Shown piece after piece: positions 42,078-55,662 of a stretch of 64,000 nt of DNA. The stretch spans positions 74,524,001-74,588,000 of the forward strand of contig OX597823.1 in assembly GCA_951406725.2 (NCBI GenBank). Direction: 5' to 3'. The notes under the pieces were generated by a model, which made no database searches, was not told where the DNA came from, and saw only the letters and a list, made by a program, of their open reading frames with translations. Both the position numbers and the translations under genes were made by a program. The DNA is from Octopus vulgaris. Lineage: Eukaryota. Within the stretch, counting starts at the first letter, position 1; every line of letters starts with the position of its first letter.

Positions 42078-42584
42078 AACGTAAAGTGTACTAGCCATCT
42101 GAATGTGGCTAGCCACTGGGGGTGGGGTGTTACTGATGCTTTTAGCCCCAGGCGATCAACGTCACCAGATGGACTTTAGACACTATCTCAGTGCCCTTGT
42201 GTTATATCTCGTTCAGAGATTTACTATTGCTTTCAGACAGTTTTTCTAAATCAGTGACAGTGGTTGCTGTGAAAAACATTATATATTATTTGCAAGGGGA
42301 CTCCTTCATCGAAGACCGGTGCTTACCATGCGTTGACATGAAGCAATTACCTTGAAACTATAGTCCGTATGTAGTACTTAGGTCTTCGAGGGAGGATGAC
42401 CTCCCTTTGCAAATAACACAAGGGCACTGAGATAGTGTCTAAAGTCCATCTGGTGACGTTGATCGCCTGGGGCTAAAAGCATCAGTAACACCCCACCCCC
42501 AGTGGCTAGCCACATTCAGATGGCTAGTACACTTTGCGTTGTCGAGCGGTTACTGTTTATATCTCGTTCAGAGATTTACTATTG

Positions 42585-42586
<2 letters not shown>
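42078..42586 (+). mobile_element. Retrozyme-like insert: 128-bp 5' inversion, 355-bp monomer and 30-bp terminal redundancy, in (TA)n
   Basis: 42078-42205 is the reverse complement of 42413-42540 (1 mismatch). ttatatctcgttcagagatttactattgct occurs at 42202 and 42557. (TA)n lies on both sides. Confidence 0.85.
42327..42371 (+). ncRNA. Hammerhead-like motif with non-canonical 5' core at the tip of a long rod
   Basis: CAUGCG-UUGACAUGA-AGcaauuacCUU-GAAA-CUAUAG-UC-CGUAUG. Stem I is extended by GUGCU/AGUAC, UCGAAGACC/GGUCUUCGA and UUAUUUGCAAGGGGA/UCCCUUUGCAAAUAA. Confidence 0.6.
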
Positions 42587-42624
<38 letters not shown>

Positions 42625-42680
42625 TTTTACACTCACACATGCAGACGTGTACACACACACACATATATACACACACACAT

Positions 42681-42742
<62 letters not shown>

Positions 42743-43800
42743 CTGATATATGCATATATTCTGACGCGAACAGAACTTTTAGTATTTGTTGGAAGACAAA
42801 GTTCACTGTACATAGGAGTATCATGAAAAAAGTTTCTGATCTAAATGCATGCATAAGCATATGCGCATGTACGGATAAATATATAATCATGTGTAGGCAC
42901 TAAGTTGCTTGAAGGGAAAGGAAACCAATACCTTCGTTCAGTAGCAACATGTGGAAATTAGCAAATTCTATTCCCAACAGCTTCACGTGATTCAATCCAG
43001 GATTTGATACGTGCGGACTAAACAATTAAAGACAAGATATGTCTTATAGGTGTGGACTAAAGAATTAAGAAAAGAACATTTTTACCTTGTTACTTGGCAT
43101 GAAATGTGTGAATATATTGGAGTCACTATACTTTTATTTTTTATTTCCTTATTTCCATTTAGTATAGTGGTAAGGGCATGTGGCAATGCATCTTTATGTT
43201 GTGTGTCCGTAGGTATGGATTACGCAGTTTTTTACGCCTAAAACGATAGATTTTAAATTAAGTTTTACAGTCAGTTGAAATAGGCCGAAATTATTTTCAT
43301 CCGTAACGCTCTAATCAGAATTTAGATAACAAACACCTCATAACAAATACCTCCAGATCTTCAAGCTTAATATCTGACCGCGTTATTCTTTCTAAATACA
43401 GCTGATTTTCAAATTCCTCATGCTAACGGAAGTTACTAGACATTTTGAGATGATGACGCAAATATACCTCATAAGCTTTGCCTGCATCAAATAGTTGTTA
43501 TTGTTCAGTCTATAAATAAGCAGACCAAACATTAAAGGAATTTTGATAGTCGATTTTTTTCCATACCCAATCTATAGGACCGCATCATTTAATGTGTGCA
43601 TTCATTTGTGACCTATTAGTTTATAATTTGAGAAAGAATTATTTTCCATTTGTAACACCGTTTTTTTCTTCCCTCAAGGTGTCACTGGTGATAAGGAACT
43701 GCAAAAGCGTTTTAATGCGGGGTATTGACCTAACCTATGTTTATTACTTCAGACGTGGAAATGCTATTACATACATTTAACAACACTTTAACACTTTAAC

Positions 43801-43855
43801 AACAGTCAATCCCTGCATCAGATGCCAATCCCTGCATCAACAGTCAATCCCTGCC
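43801..43855. repeat. 19-bp tandem repeat, about 3 copies
   Basis: aacagtcaatccctgcatc / agatgccaatccctgcatc / aacagtcaatccctgcc. Confidence 0.85.
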
Positions 43856-44108
43856 TTTAATCCAAACATTTAGCGAATCAAAATTCTCACTTTCAAATCC
43901 AGCTATCCAATTACTCTTGCACAAGAGAAGCTATTCTCATACTGCAGAAAGATCCCAACATGTAAGACAGATATTTCAAATCAACCAAAAACTCTAAGGT
44001 GCATAAAGTGTTTGCATAATGTCTGTAACAAAGAATATGTATGACCTCGAAGCACCCTGAAACGTTTTAAGGAATGGCAAATATCAACTTGCTATCTCTT
44101 CATAGATA

Positions 44109-44673
44109 TTGGGTTGTCCGGAAAGTTCGTGCCGATTTTCAATGGAAATAGAAAGGTCAATAAATACTTGCTATTACATTTTTAATCAACCAAATATGAA
44201 CCATTTTGTTACACAATGCGTCTCCATCTTTCCTTTAACTTGAAAATACTCTCTCCTCAGAATTGAGGTGATTTCATGGCAAAGAATTCATCAAGGTATC
44301 TTTTTACGTCATCCAAGGAATTGAAATTTTTACCATTAAGACTATTCTGCATAGACCTGAATAAGTGGAAATCCGAAGGAGCAACATTTGGTGTATATGG
44401 AGGTTGGGGAAACACATTCCAGCCGAGCTGCAGCAATTTTTGTCTGGTTCCCAAAGCATCAAGAGCCAAAATGAACTTTCTTATCTTCCATTTTAAAGGG
44501 TTACAGAATTCATACAGGTTATAGGACTAAAAATCTTCTTCCACGAAAAAATAGCTTAAACTGTGCTCTAAATGTAGGTGTAGTCAAATCATATTTTATG
44601 GATTCAAACATGCTCTGAAATAAGTCGAAATGTAAGCTGCTATAAATCGGCACGAACTTGCCGGACAACCCAA
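44109..44673 (-). mobile_element. Internally deleted mariner transposon with both TIRs and TA TSD
   Basis: TIRs ttgggttgtccggaaagttcgtgccgattt / aaatcggcacgaacttgccggacaacccaa, with TA on each side. Minus strand has MEDKKVHF joined to RQKLLQLGWNVFPQPPYTPNVAPSDFHLFRSMQNSLNGKNF. Confidence 0.93.
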
Positions 44674-45793
44674 TATTTGTAATACAACTTAATGTCCTTC
44701 ACACTGTGAAAATACTCACTTCAGAAGCTTAAACTTTATATCCCGGTATTTGCAGTAATAGGCAAAAATAAGTGCGTGTTTTATGGATAAAACATCCCTC
44801 TCTATATAAGATATCGAACAGAAACAACAGTATTATATTGACATGCGTTCAATTACGTTGTAATTTAAACTTTGCAAATTCTACAACCTAACTTTTTCTA
44901 GTATCAGATGTTTAAATGTACGTTTATTCATATATTGGACCAGTCATACATTGAATAGAGATCTATCATCAGAAATATCTTTAAAAGTTGACTCAGTTCT
45001 ATTTCCTTCAGAAGGCACTGTAATTTGGATGGTGGTGATTATGTGCTACGTAAAGCTATTAGCAACATATGTCAAATGATTACATCATTAAATCTAATTT
45101 GTATGCTAAGACAATTGACCAAGAGCTTACGACAGCGCTCAGAAAATCTAATGCATGCATAATAAATTACATTAAATGTGAAGCGAATCGACTTTTGCAC
45201 ACGCACACACAACCACACCCATGCACACAGACACACAAAGGCGCACACACACCCACAAACACTCTATCATTCTCACATCGATTCTCATCTGTCAACAGTT
45301 TAATGGTTTTGTATTATATTCGGCGACGCGCTGAGACTGACCTGAATTTGCTTAGATTTTAATTAGGAGGACTCAGCTTCAGTTTGTAATTGACATCCAA
45401 TTAAGTGGTTTGAATAATTTACTGATTTGTTATTAACTAATTTGATATAATATAATTTTTTTAAAAAAACGAGAAAGAGGAAGCGAGCATGAAAGAAATG
45501 GTAAATTTAACATAAAACAATTATGAATGACAGAATGACAGAGTGTTTCATAGGAAAAAGTGTAAACGAATTATCATGCGACTAAATGACGTAACTGAAG
45601 TTTGTTGGACTGCATAATGGAAAGCAATAACAGTCACTTGTCTCAACGCAAAAGAGCTTTTTAGCGTTGTGCTTCATGCAGTGTTATTTGATGTCGTTAT
45701 ATTTTAATAAAATATTCTTGGTACATTGTTTTATTAATGCAATTCAAGAGTAGAGAGAAACATATGCATCATCATCTTCTCATAACAAACTTG

Positions 45794-45835
<42 letters not shown>

Positions 45836-45990
45836 GCAGATGTATGTGTGTATTTATGTATTTATGTAAATATGTATGTATCTATTTATCGTCTATCTTA
45901 CTCTCTCTCTTTTAATATGTATATACATATACATGTGCGTGCGTGTTTGCATTTGGACACTTGTCCTACGAATATCTTGGTAAGCTTATG

Positions 45991-46050
<60 letters not shown>

Positions 46051-46108
46051 TATACATACATATATATATATATATATACATATATATACATACATATACA
46101 GACATACA

Positions 46109-46173
<65 letters not shown>

Positions 46174-47065
46174 CGTGTTCCATTCATAGATTAGTAGTTT
46201 GGAATTTAAGTTGATAGATGACGCCGGCTATATACGAAGCATACATGTATATGACACGAAAACACACGTTTGTAAAAGGGTAGCTTTTCATGGCATATAC
46301 ATAACTTTGATATATTCACATCGCTAATGACATGTAGGTTACAATTAATATTTCATGCGTTAATGCAATTTATTGTAATATTATATGGAATGAAATAATT
46401 TTGATTATATTTGTCGTTGCAATTATTGTATAATTTCATGTCAGACATGTGGGTGTGTTTCGACACAACAGTGAGTAGTACGAAGTCTAAATATTCAGAA
46501 AAGCACATGAGGCAAAAATAGGAAAGACAATCGTCTCAGCAGTACTTCAGACAATGTGGCACGACTGCCGACCACGTCCGAATAGAAGACCAATTTAACA
46601 GTTGCAAATTATAGAAAAATGAGCCAGCATATATGTAGGCAGAAAACTTCATAGGCTTACCAAGATACTCGTAGGGAATTTGTCCAAATACACACACGCG
46701 CACACACACATACACACACAAATGCACACACACACACACACAAATATATATATATGCACCCGTTTGTGTGTGTGTGTGTGTGTGTCTGTGTGTGTGTGTG
46801 TGTGTGTGTATGTCTGCGTGCGAGTATAATTTTGTAACCGGTAACAAGCTTTCGTTTATTATTTTTAGAAGTCTATCAATCGTCACCAGATGAAGGACTT
46901 TTCACGCTTTTTTTCATTATCGAAGCAGTAAATAATGACAATGTAATTGCTGGAGAGAGAGAGAGAGAGAGAGAGAATTCGGAGATATGGAGGTGATTAT
47001 TTACTTCTGAGTATACTGAAGAAATATGAAATAATATGATTTGCCTAACAGTATGAAAGTCAGCG

Positions 47066-47136
47066 GTAGGCAGTGCAGGAATCGAACCCAGGTTCCTATG
47101 ATTTTGAAACCAACAGCCATGTCATTCTGTCACAGG
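47066..47136 (-). other. Degenerate tRNA-derived fragment (SINE head or pseudo-tRNA)
   Basis: Minus strand has a B box in cctgggttcgattcctg; no convincing cloverleaf. Confidence 0.35.
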
Positions 47137-47614
47137 TTTACACATTATAAGCTTATAAATCTTTGACGACGACTGAGTTCACCAGCTGTAATTATAAATA
47201 AAACTTGAATATCTAAGTGCAAATAATAATGTTAACGTTTCAAATAGCAAAAGCGAGAATAGAAAATCATAAGAAATATAAATTATGAGTCATCCAATGT
47301 AGGCGTTAAAAGAATAATTGGCAATTAGGAAGAAGCACGTAAAAGCGAAAAACGAAAGTAAAATCTAGAATGATAATTTTGTGGTTATGTACTTTTATAG
47401 GTGAATAAACCAATTAACAATTTCTAAGTATGGCAAAAGTAGCAGTAATAAAAAAAAACAAGGCCAAGTATGAAAAAAAAACGAAGAAAATAATTACTTG
47501 AAATATATTTTAAAGTGACCGGCGGGAAGTACACCATAGGAAGAGATAGGATGAAATTTGCAATGTGTGATTTGAATGTATTATAAAGATACTATAATAG
47601 AACATATTTGCACT

Positions 47615-49275
47615 CATCTGCAACTTGTTCTACAGATTTCACAAATTGCACAAATACTAAACAACTAATGAAGCCTGCAAATAATCAAAGTCAGTCTGCG
47701 TAAGCATACCGTTTCTCAAGGATCTAAAATTACAACCAATTTTGGTAGGCCCAGCATGTGAAACTCACATACACTTGCGCAATTTTTTGACTCTGTACTA
47801 AAATCTCTCTGAAAATTTATACTAAGTTTCATAAGGGATGATCTTGACCTGCTACACCATCTTTTGAAAACAGTTAATAGGCATACGTTGACCATTTCAT
47901 TTGATGTAGCAAATTTTCAGATTGCCATCCTACACAAGTATAGACTACAAGTAATAGCATTTCTGATAAGAAAATTCCCTGAAGAAGTTCTGAACAGAAT
48001 TGATAAACAATTCATTCCAGAGTGATTAAAATTCACCCTTAAAGACAACTTCTTTATTTTCGAAAAATAAAACAAACGACAAATACCTGAGGTTACGTTA
48101 GCGTATTTTGAGGCAACAAAAGTTGCCCTTACATCAGCTAACAGAGATATAGCATATCTGGAATTCCAAATATATGAAAAAACATATCATAGTACGGTAT
48201 TAACTATCAAAATTATATTGCGACCAATTGGAAACAAAAGAAGAAGACCGCCTTATTCTGTGATCATACAACCTAGATAAACTCAATTGTTTCAAATTCC
48301 TACTTATTAGTTTCGGTAACAATATTCAGTTCACAACGTAATTTAGCCATACTGCTTTACTTAGATATTTTTGATTATAGATAATGACAGGAAAATAGGA
48401 ACTAACACCCACTGCAAACCAGAGCATTCTAAGCTGTACCTATTATTTGCTTCCTGCCATTCAAAACATCACAAAACTAATATTGCATTTAAGCTAGCTA
48501 AAAGAATCCGGACAATTGTATCGAATCCTCAAATTCAGAATAAAAGACCCCTCGAATTAAAAGAGGTGATACTTGAAAGAAAGTACTTGTCTACTCTAGT
48601 GGGGAATAGAACAGGATGCACCAAAACTATAAGCATATGAAAAGGTAAAACTAGTTCAGTTAAACGCAAGGCTATATTTGTAATTACCATATAGAACTCA
48701 AGTGAAATCATTCAACTGAAACTAATTCATCAGAAACTAAATTCCTTCAGCCAAGACCCCAAAATAAAAAAGACGTTTGAATCATACGAAATTTTCAAAT
48801 GCAAACGAAGACAACAAAAATCCCAAACAAAATTATTTATCTAGGCAAAAACTCCAGCGATAGACTCAACTCCAATCTAATTGCCGAAATTGTGACAAAC
48901 TCAACCTTATTGTAAACACATTTTATAAATTTAAATCGGGACAGGTTTCAGGTAGCCGTGAAAAACAATTTTGGTTCTTCCTAAAACAAAAAATAAATCA
49001 ATAGATGCCATTAAATGCAATGGCTGCAGAGAACATTGCATTGAACAAAACAGATTAATTTTAAGAATGAGATTAACAATTCAACTTCAAAACGTACGAG
49101 ATTTCAGATCCACGCAAATTCCGCCCAGTGAACATCGGCACACATGAGCATAAAACAAAACTCCTAAATTGTTTGCCTTCCTATTCTGCTGTTGGGCGGG
49201 CAATACCATAAATTAAGCTAGAATAAATTATGAAAGGTCGTTTATTAAAAATACCCGCTTCAGCTGAACAGGTAT
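47615..49275 (+). pseudogene. Penelope-like retroelement RT plus GIY-YIG fossil (Naiad-like motif style, clade tentative)
   Basis: KDLKLQPILVGPACETH..SFIRDDLDLL..ISFDVANF..KDNFFIFE..TKVALTSAN..AYLE..LDILII..TNTHCKPEHSKLYLLFASCHSKHHKTNIAFKLAKRIRTIVS..AIKCNGCREHCIEQ..LRMRLT, with many stops and frameshifts. Confidence 0.85.
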
Positions 49276-50009
49276 AAAACTATCCATCATATACGATTCG
49301 CATTTTGCTATGAATTTATTGTTCCCCAAATATTTTTGTCTAATGGCGCTCGTTCGTAAGAAAACTAAAATTCATATAACAGGTACTGTCTCTCTTATTT
49401 TTGCCAAATATCGTTATCATACCCCACATAGTTTTAACAAAGAAGGGATATGTTTTACCATGTTAAACGGGAGTGAACTAGCACTAATTGAAAACAATAT
49501 TCTTCAACAGAATAATAAACAAAACCTATCTATAACACATCTGTGTAAACAGTTTCTACTTTTTAGAATCAAGTTTCAATTTTTTAATAATACTGACATA
49601 AAATGAGAGAGAAAACTCAGTAAAATAAATATGGCTTATTCATATCTCTCTTTTCTAAATGTTATATGACATACACAACAAAAAAAAAATTTACTTGATC
49701 TACTCGTGCAACTGTCACACGAACCCATGTACGTTGACCAACCAAGTTGTAAATTAGCGAATAGCGTTCTGAACTGCATTCTCTCTTTAGCAACAGACAT
49801 TTTTCATAACAAACACCGGGTGAGAGGTTCGCGCCGAAGCTCCATATTCTATACAGCTTTGAAAATCTGATGTGAAACCAGCCAAGTGCATTTCTATATT
49901 TGAAAAGTTAACTAAATTCTAATTACTTTCAATATATTCCCCGAGTAATATACTTCAACTTGCTTGTATTAATAATAATTTTTATATATATATATATATA
50001 TATATGTAT

Positions 50010-50173
50010 ATGTGACCGTGTACTGGATTTTTCCTACTCCTATGTTTCCAACGAAGAGCTCCGCTCGGAACTTTAAATCCTCCTTCTTTCCCTCTTTCCT
50101 GAGCGTCCAATAATACTATATTTGTTCCACATCCTCGCGTTGTTGTGTTTTTTTGGTGTTTTCTTGTTTGGAT

Positions 50174-50192
<19 letters not shown>
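50010..50192 (+). repeat. (TA)n-flanked PLE-terminus-like repeat with decayed minimal HHR
   Basis: UUU-CCAACGA-AGAGCuccGCUC-GGAA-CUUU-AAA at 50045-50077; tcctgagcgtc.aataatac parallels 12278 and 30463. Confidence 0.45.
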
Positions 50193-50250
<58 letters not shown>

Positions 50251-50953
50251 GAGGGAAAGATAATTCTAAGAACACAAGTGTACTGGTTTTCTAGTAATGC
50301 AGCAAATATGAAGCTCAGTTAAATTATATACATGGGCGATTGTTCATATTTTAGTTACGTAAATAAACAAAGCAACAACTGATAATGTTAAATCTAATCG
50401 CGGTACGTCTCTGAAGATTTACTGTATATATAATTATGTAAATTACTTGAAGTAACTAATAATTATTTCTTTGTTAATGAAAGGTGCGTAAGATAATGTA
50501 ACTAAAAATATATGCAATTTTACATGCCTTCATTTATTCTTTGATATACTCTAAATTTTGGTCCTGCAGAATGAGAAGAGTAGAATAATAAAAGCAAGAA
50601 TACACATGAAAACTTATTTACTGATTATCTATCGTGAAAGTTTAGCTTTAAAATGCATCATATAGATGTGTATATATAATCATTGTGAAAGTGTATCAAC
50701 TTATATTAGAATGTTGCAAAATTGAAACTGTTTTAACTTGCGATGACAACTAATTCATAGCTAAATCCACAGCAACATGTTAGTCTCATCTCACATTTTT
50801 CATAAATCAGATTGTACGTGTAGTCTTCAATTGCATATACACATTTCATTTCCATAGCTACTACATTTGATTAATTTGTCATCAATCTTGTAAATGTATT
50901 CCCCCATCTCACATACAACTTTCCCCTCTCTCACTTTTTTCCCTCTCTCTCAA

Positions 50954-51001
<48 letters not shown>

Positions 51002-51038
51002 AAAAAAGGAGATGTCGAACACGAGTGGTGATATATAA

Positions 51039-51235
51039 AAAAGGAAATGAAGAAAATGCTGACAAATAATTGAAGTAATTTAAGTAATTTAATTAGGTGA
51101 AAGTTCTTTTTACCGGTTGCGCATTTGTTATGCTTATCAAAATAAGCATAACAAATGCGCAACCGGTAAAAAGAACTTTCACCTAATTAAATTACTTAAA
51201 TTACTTCAATTATTTGTCAGCATTTTCTTCATTTC

Positions 51236-51240
<5 letters not shown>
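51039..51240. repeat. Perfect palindrome: 99-bp arms, 4-nt spacer (CAAA), in (TA)n
   Basis: 51039-51137 is the reverse complement of 51142-51240. Confidence 0.95.
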
Positions 51241-51285
<45 letters not shown>

Positions 51286-51294
51286 CATATATAT

Positions 51295-51453
51295 GCAGGA
51301 GTGGCTGTGTGGTAAATAGCTTGTTTACCAAGCACATGGTTCCGGGTTCCATCCCACTGCGTGGGACCTTGGGCAATTGTCTTCTACTACAGTCTTGTGC
51401 GTGGATTTGGTAGACGGAAACTGAAAGAAGCCCGTCGTATATATGTATATATA

Positions 51454-51509
<56 letters not shown>

Positions 51510-51730
51510 ATATATATATGTGTTTGTGTGTCTTTGCTTGTCCCCCTAGCATTGCTTGACAACCGATGCTGGTATGTTTATGTCCCCGTTACTTCGCGGT
51601 TCGGCAAAACAGACCGATAGAATAAGTACTGGGCTTAAAAAAGAATAAGTCCTGGGGTCGAGTTGCTCGATTAAAGGCGGTGCTCCAGCATGGCCGCAGT
51701 CAAATGACTGAAACAAGTAAAAGAGTAAAA
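51295..51730 (+). mobile_element. SINE family A, near full length with internal (TA)n expansion
   Basis: gcaggagtggctgtgtggtaa (A box)..ccgggttcc.tccc (B box)..ccttgggcaa.tgtcttctac..gactgaaacaagtaaaagagtaaaa. Confidence 0.9.
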
Positions 51731-51759
51731 TCGTATATATGCATCTCTCTCTCTCTCTC

Positions 51760-51914
<155 letters not shown>

Positions 51915-53382
51915 TGCAGTTTTCATGCGAATTAATATATATTGTATGTAGTCAGTGACTCTTGGCAAGGGATATCCACAGCCAACCTTCTAATTTAAAG
52001 TAGGCCTGAATTCATTTTATACACAGTAATAAATGAACAAACGTTATGCCTAGTCAATATTTTCATAACAGCAAAGGTAAGAACCTATTTCATATTTCCT
52101 AACACGTTACGATTATGATTAACTAAAATATTTCAGGATCGTTACAGCTCATGAACGTGGCCCTGCGTTATTTTTAACGTGGAATTGGGAATATCAATTT
52201 TATTTTGTGTTAGTCGAATTTGCTATTCAGCTTTTTGATAAAATAAGTATTATTTGAGCAGTAGGGTCAATGTAATCGACTCACTCCTCCACACGACATT
52301 TGAGGCTTATAGTTGTGGTAGAAGTAATTTTGTATCATTCCGGATCTTGCTTGAAATTTGTCAATTTTTAGACATGTGAGTATATGGCTGAGAGCAAACA
52401 GGAGAGATTATATCTTGCCCTTGCCTTGGCTACATTTTATATCTTTGGGATCGTACAATTAAAAGAAATTAATTCACTTGAGGGGATTCATGTGACCGTG
52501 ACCATCCCTACCAATATTTGGGCAAACTTTTTACAGAACATCCTAGGCGAAATCCGAATCGCAAACGATCTTGAAACATATTAAACATATAACCACCTCA
52601 CTCATCACCTGTCGTCTGTCTGTGAAAAAAATAAAACCTCTGATACGTTCAGTAAGTAAACAGTATTGCACTGTATTTATCATCGACTGCAATCGGAAGT
52701 TCATATATAAAATACAATTAATAAGTAATAAGAAAACACATACAATATTAATAATCTCGTTTCTGTAATTATGACACTACACACAGACTCTGTTAATGTT
52801 GCATCAGCTGCAATTTTGAAACTATCATTCAAACATAATCGATAGTTTCTATTTAGATTGACCTTTCTTTCAGCCATTTTGAGATTCAATGCCTCTTTTG
52901 TCTGTATCAAGCATTTATCACACGAAATCCGTCATATCAACTCATCGATCATCCCTATAACTCATTATATTGCAGCATCAACATTTGAGATATAAAGTCA
53001 TCAATCACCTACGATTTCTATAGTAATCTACAGGAATTCATTGACTTAAGATTTCACTATGAGATTACTATTAATATCAAAAATTTTAATAAAAGAGTAA
53101 TATTCATATCCTTACATACACATGTCCGTACACATGCACACAAATTCACAGACAGATGTACATCCCTATGCATATATAGCTACATATACAGAAAGTGAAA
53201 CAGATTTATCACATTCACATGAACACATAAAAGAAACTCTTGAAACTGTACGGATGCAAATAAAACTAAATAGTTTACAAACATTAATTGCTTCAATATC
53301 TATCCCAGTTTCTTAATCCACAAAGACACAGTAACGCACACACTCACACACATGCACGCATATCTACGTAGTCTATATCTAT

Positions 53383-53422
<40 letters not shown>

Positions 53423-53469
53423 ATCAATGAAACAATCAGTCTGTCTATGTATGTATGTATGTATAAACG

Positions 53470-53570
<101 letters not shown>

Positions 53571-54129
53571 GGATAGATAGATAAATATATACATACATAT
53601 ATCTACACACACATATACATATACATACATATATATATTATATATATATATACCTATTTGTGTATCTATATATCTATCTATCTGCGTATATATCAATATA
53701 TATATATATATATATATACATACTTATATATCCTTATCCATTTATACACATAAGTGATTGTGTGTATTTAGAATGTGTTTGTGTGTACGTGTGTATTCAC
53801 ATATATGAAGTAATGGCATTACTCTTAAATATGTTTTATTAAATACTTGTTTCTTTTTTTATCAAATTACTTTAGTTCTGCATGTTTGTATTTTCTTATT
53901 AGTTTTTGAAGCTGGTTTCAAAATTCATATTTTACGTACATTTTCTCACCGTCACATTCTCAATTTCAAAAGATTTAAATTCTTGAATATGAGGATAGGA
54001 ACATCCGAAGACCTCGAATATGAATTTGTGACCATTACTATCTCAAAGTAGCAGTAACATATAAAAAAAGCAGGAATTATATAACCGGAAAGCGATAAGA
54101 ATGCATCACAGTTGTGAATGTAAAGAAGG

Positions 54130-54193
<64 letters not shown>

Positions 54194-54197
<4 letters not shown>

Positions 54198-54272
54198 CTT
54201 TACTACCCACAAGGGGCTAAACACAGAGGGGACAAACAAGGACAGACAAAAAGCAAAAACAAGGACAGACAA
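54194..54272 (-). mobile_element. Isolated 3' tail of family C SINE in (TA)n
   Basis: Reverse complement matches 25278-25336 (tttgtcccctctgtgtttagccccttgtgggtag.aaagaaata). Confidence 0.8.
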
Positions 54273-54273
54273 A

Positions 54274-54306
<33 letters not shown>

Positions 54307-55520
54307 AATACTCGCACACGCTCACACACATGGACAGACAGACATACAGACACACACACAAATACACACACACACACACACACTCACACACACACACAAA
54401 CATGTTTGCCATATCGCTTGCAGACAGTAGAATTTGTGTAACAAATTGGAATAAAGTGACAATAAAAATGCATTGGTAATGAAATCTTTTTTCTGGCAAC
54501 TATTAGCGGCTCGAATTAATATAATCACAAACTGGCACCGGGAACGGAATGCTATTATGGAAAAGATGTATTTTGTTTATAGGGAGACAATATGAAAGAT
54601 GTGAACACGTGTTCTTCCATCAATAGAACATATACATACACAACCAAAACATATATCAAAAGGAAAACGACATTTTCATCTCCACAATACCAGATGAATC
54701 GATGGGCCGGCATGAGGCAGAGACGAGGGTAGCGGTGTCAAATTCCCTCATACCACAGTTACGGTTAGAGTTAAGGTTAGGGCAGTGGCGAGATGTAGAA
54801 AATTGTTATATGATGTGTTACTTGCTTCAGAATCAACAAATGCATAAAGCAGTAAGGTGGGTAATTGAAACTATCGAAAGTTAAATAGTCCTTTATTATG
54901 TTTTCAGTGCAGTGCAGAAAGAAATAACTCAATAAACACAAACAGTCTGGCCAGGGGTCTGGAGAGAATACATGCACCACATTTGCATCCATTGCTTTCT
55001 TATTTATAAATCGTTTCAGGAATTGAATAAGAATGACACCTCAGAGAATTACATCTATTTGCACTCAGTTGGACCTAGAACTTGTTGAGTGCTATTGGAC
55101 AGCTGATAGGCAAAATATATGTTTGAATGTTACAGGAATGACAAAATAAGATATAATGAATTCCTTTAAAAGGCAAACACAAAGAATGAAGGGTATGTTA
55201 AATGATGCTAATTAGCTTGGCCAAATGGAAAGCTAAGTGGGTAAAGTACTGGTTGATCTAGTGGAAATACCTTTATCTTAACTACAGATTCTGTACAAAA
55301 AATAATGAGGACATCGTGAATTTGAAATAATTGACATTAGCTTAATATGATGTGTGTAATATTATATGGTTGTGCATGCATATATATGAATGTATATGTT
55401 ATATATCTATCTATCTGTCTGTTTCTCTCTCTCTCCCTCTCTCTCTCTATATATATGTACATATATATATATATATAGGTATGTATATATGTATACATGC
55501 ACATGTATATATATTTATGT

Positions 55521-55555
<35 letters not shown>

Positions 55556-55587
55556 GATAGATATATTTACATTAGTATAGACATATG

Positions 55588-55662
<75 letters not shown>

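Noticed and set aside
45535-45600. Minus-strand GAAACACUCUGUC as HHR stem III
   Set aside because: No CUGANGA-like core or stem I upstream.
47066-47136. tRNA-Sec (TTCAAA loop next to a B box)
   Set aside because: No long variable arm and no acceptor or D-stem pairing; better read as a decayed tRNA-derived SINE head.
47800-48265. Selenocysteine UGA codons in the Naiad-like fossil
   Set aside because: TGA codons also fall at expected Gly and Trp positions amid many TAA stops and frameshifts, consistent with neutral decay.
52362-52381. 4-nt microexon (ttttag ACAT gtgagt)
   Set aside because: Splice-like motifs this short arise by chance in AT-rich DNA, and no host gene context was established.
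54757-54783. Interstitial telomeric repeat (gttacggttagagttaaggttaggg)
   Set aside because: Only one exact TTAGGG among four degenerate hexamers; too short to support.
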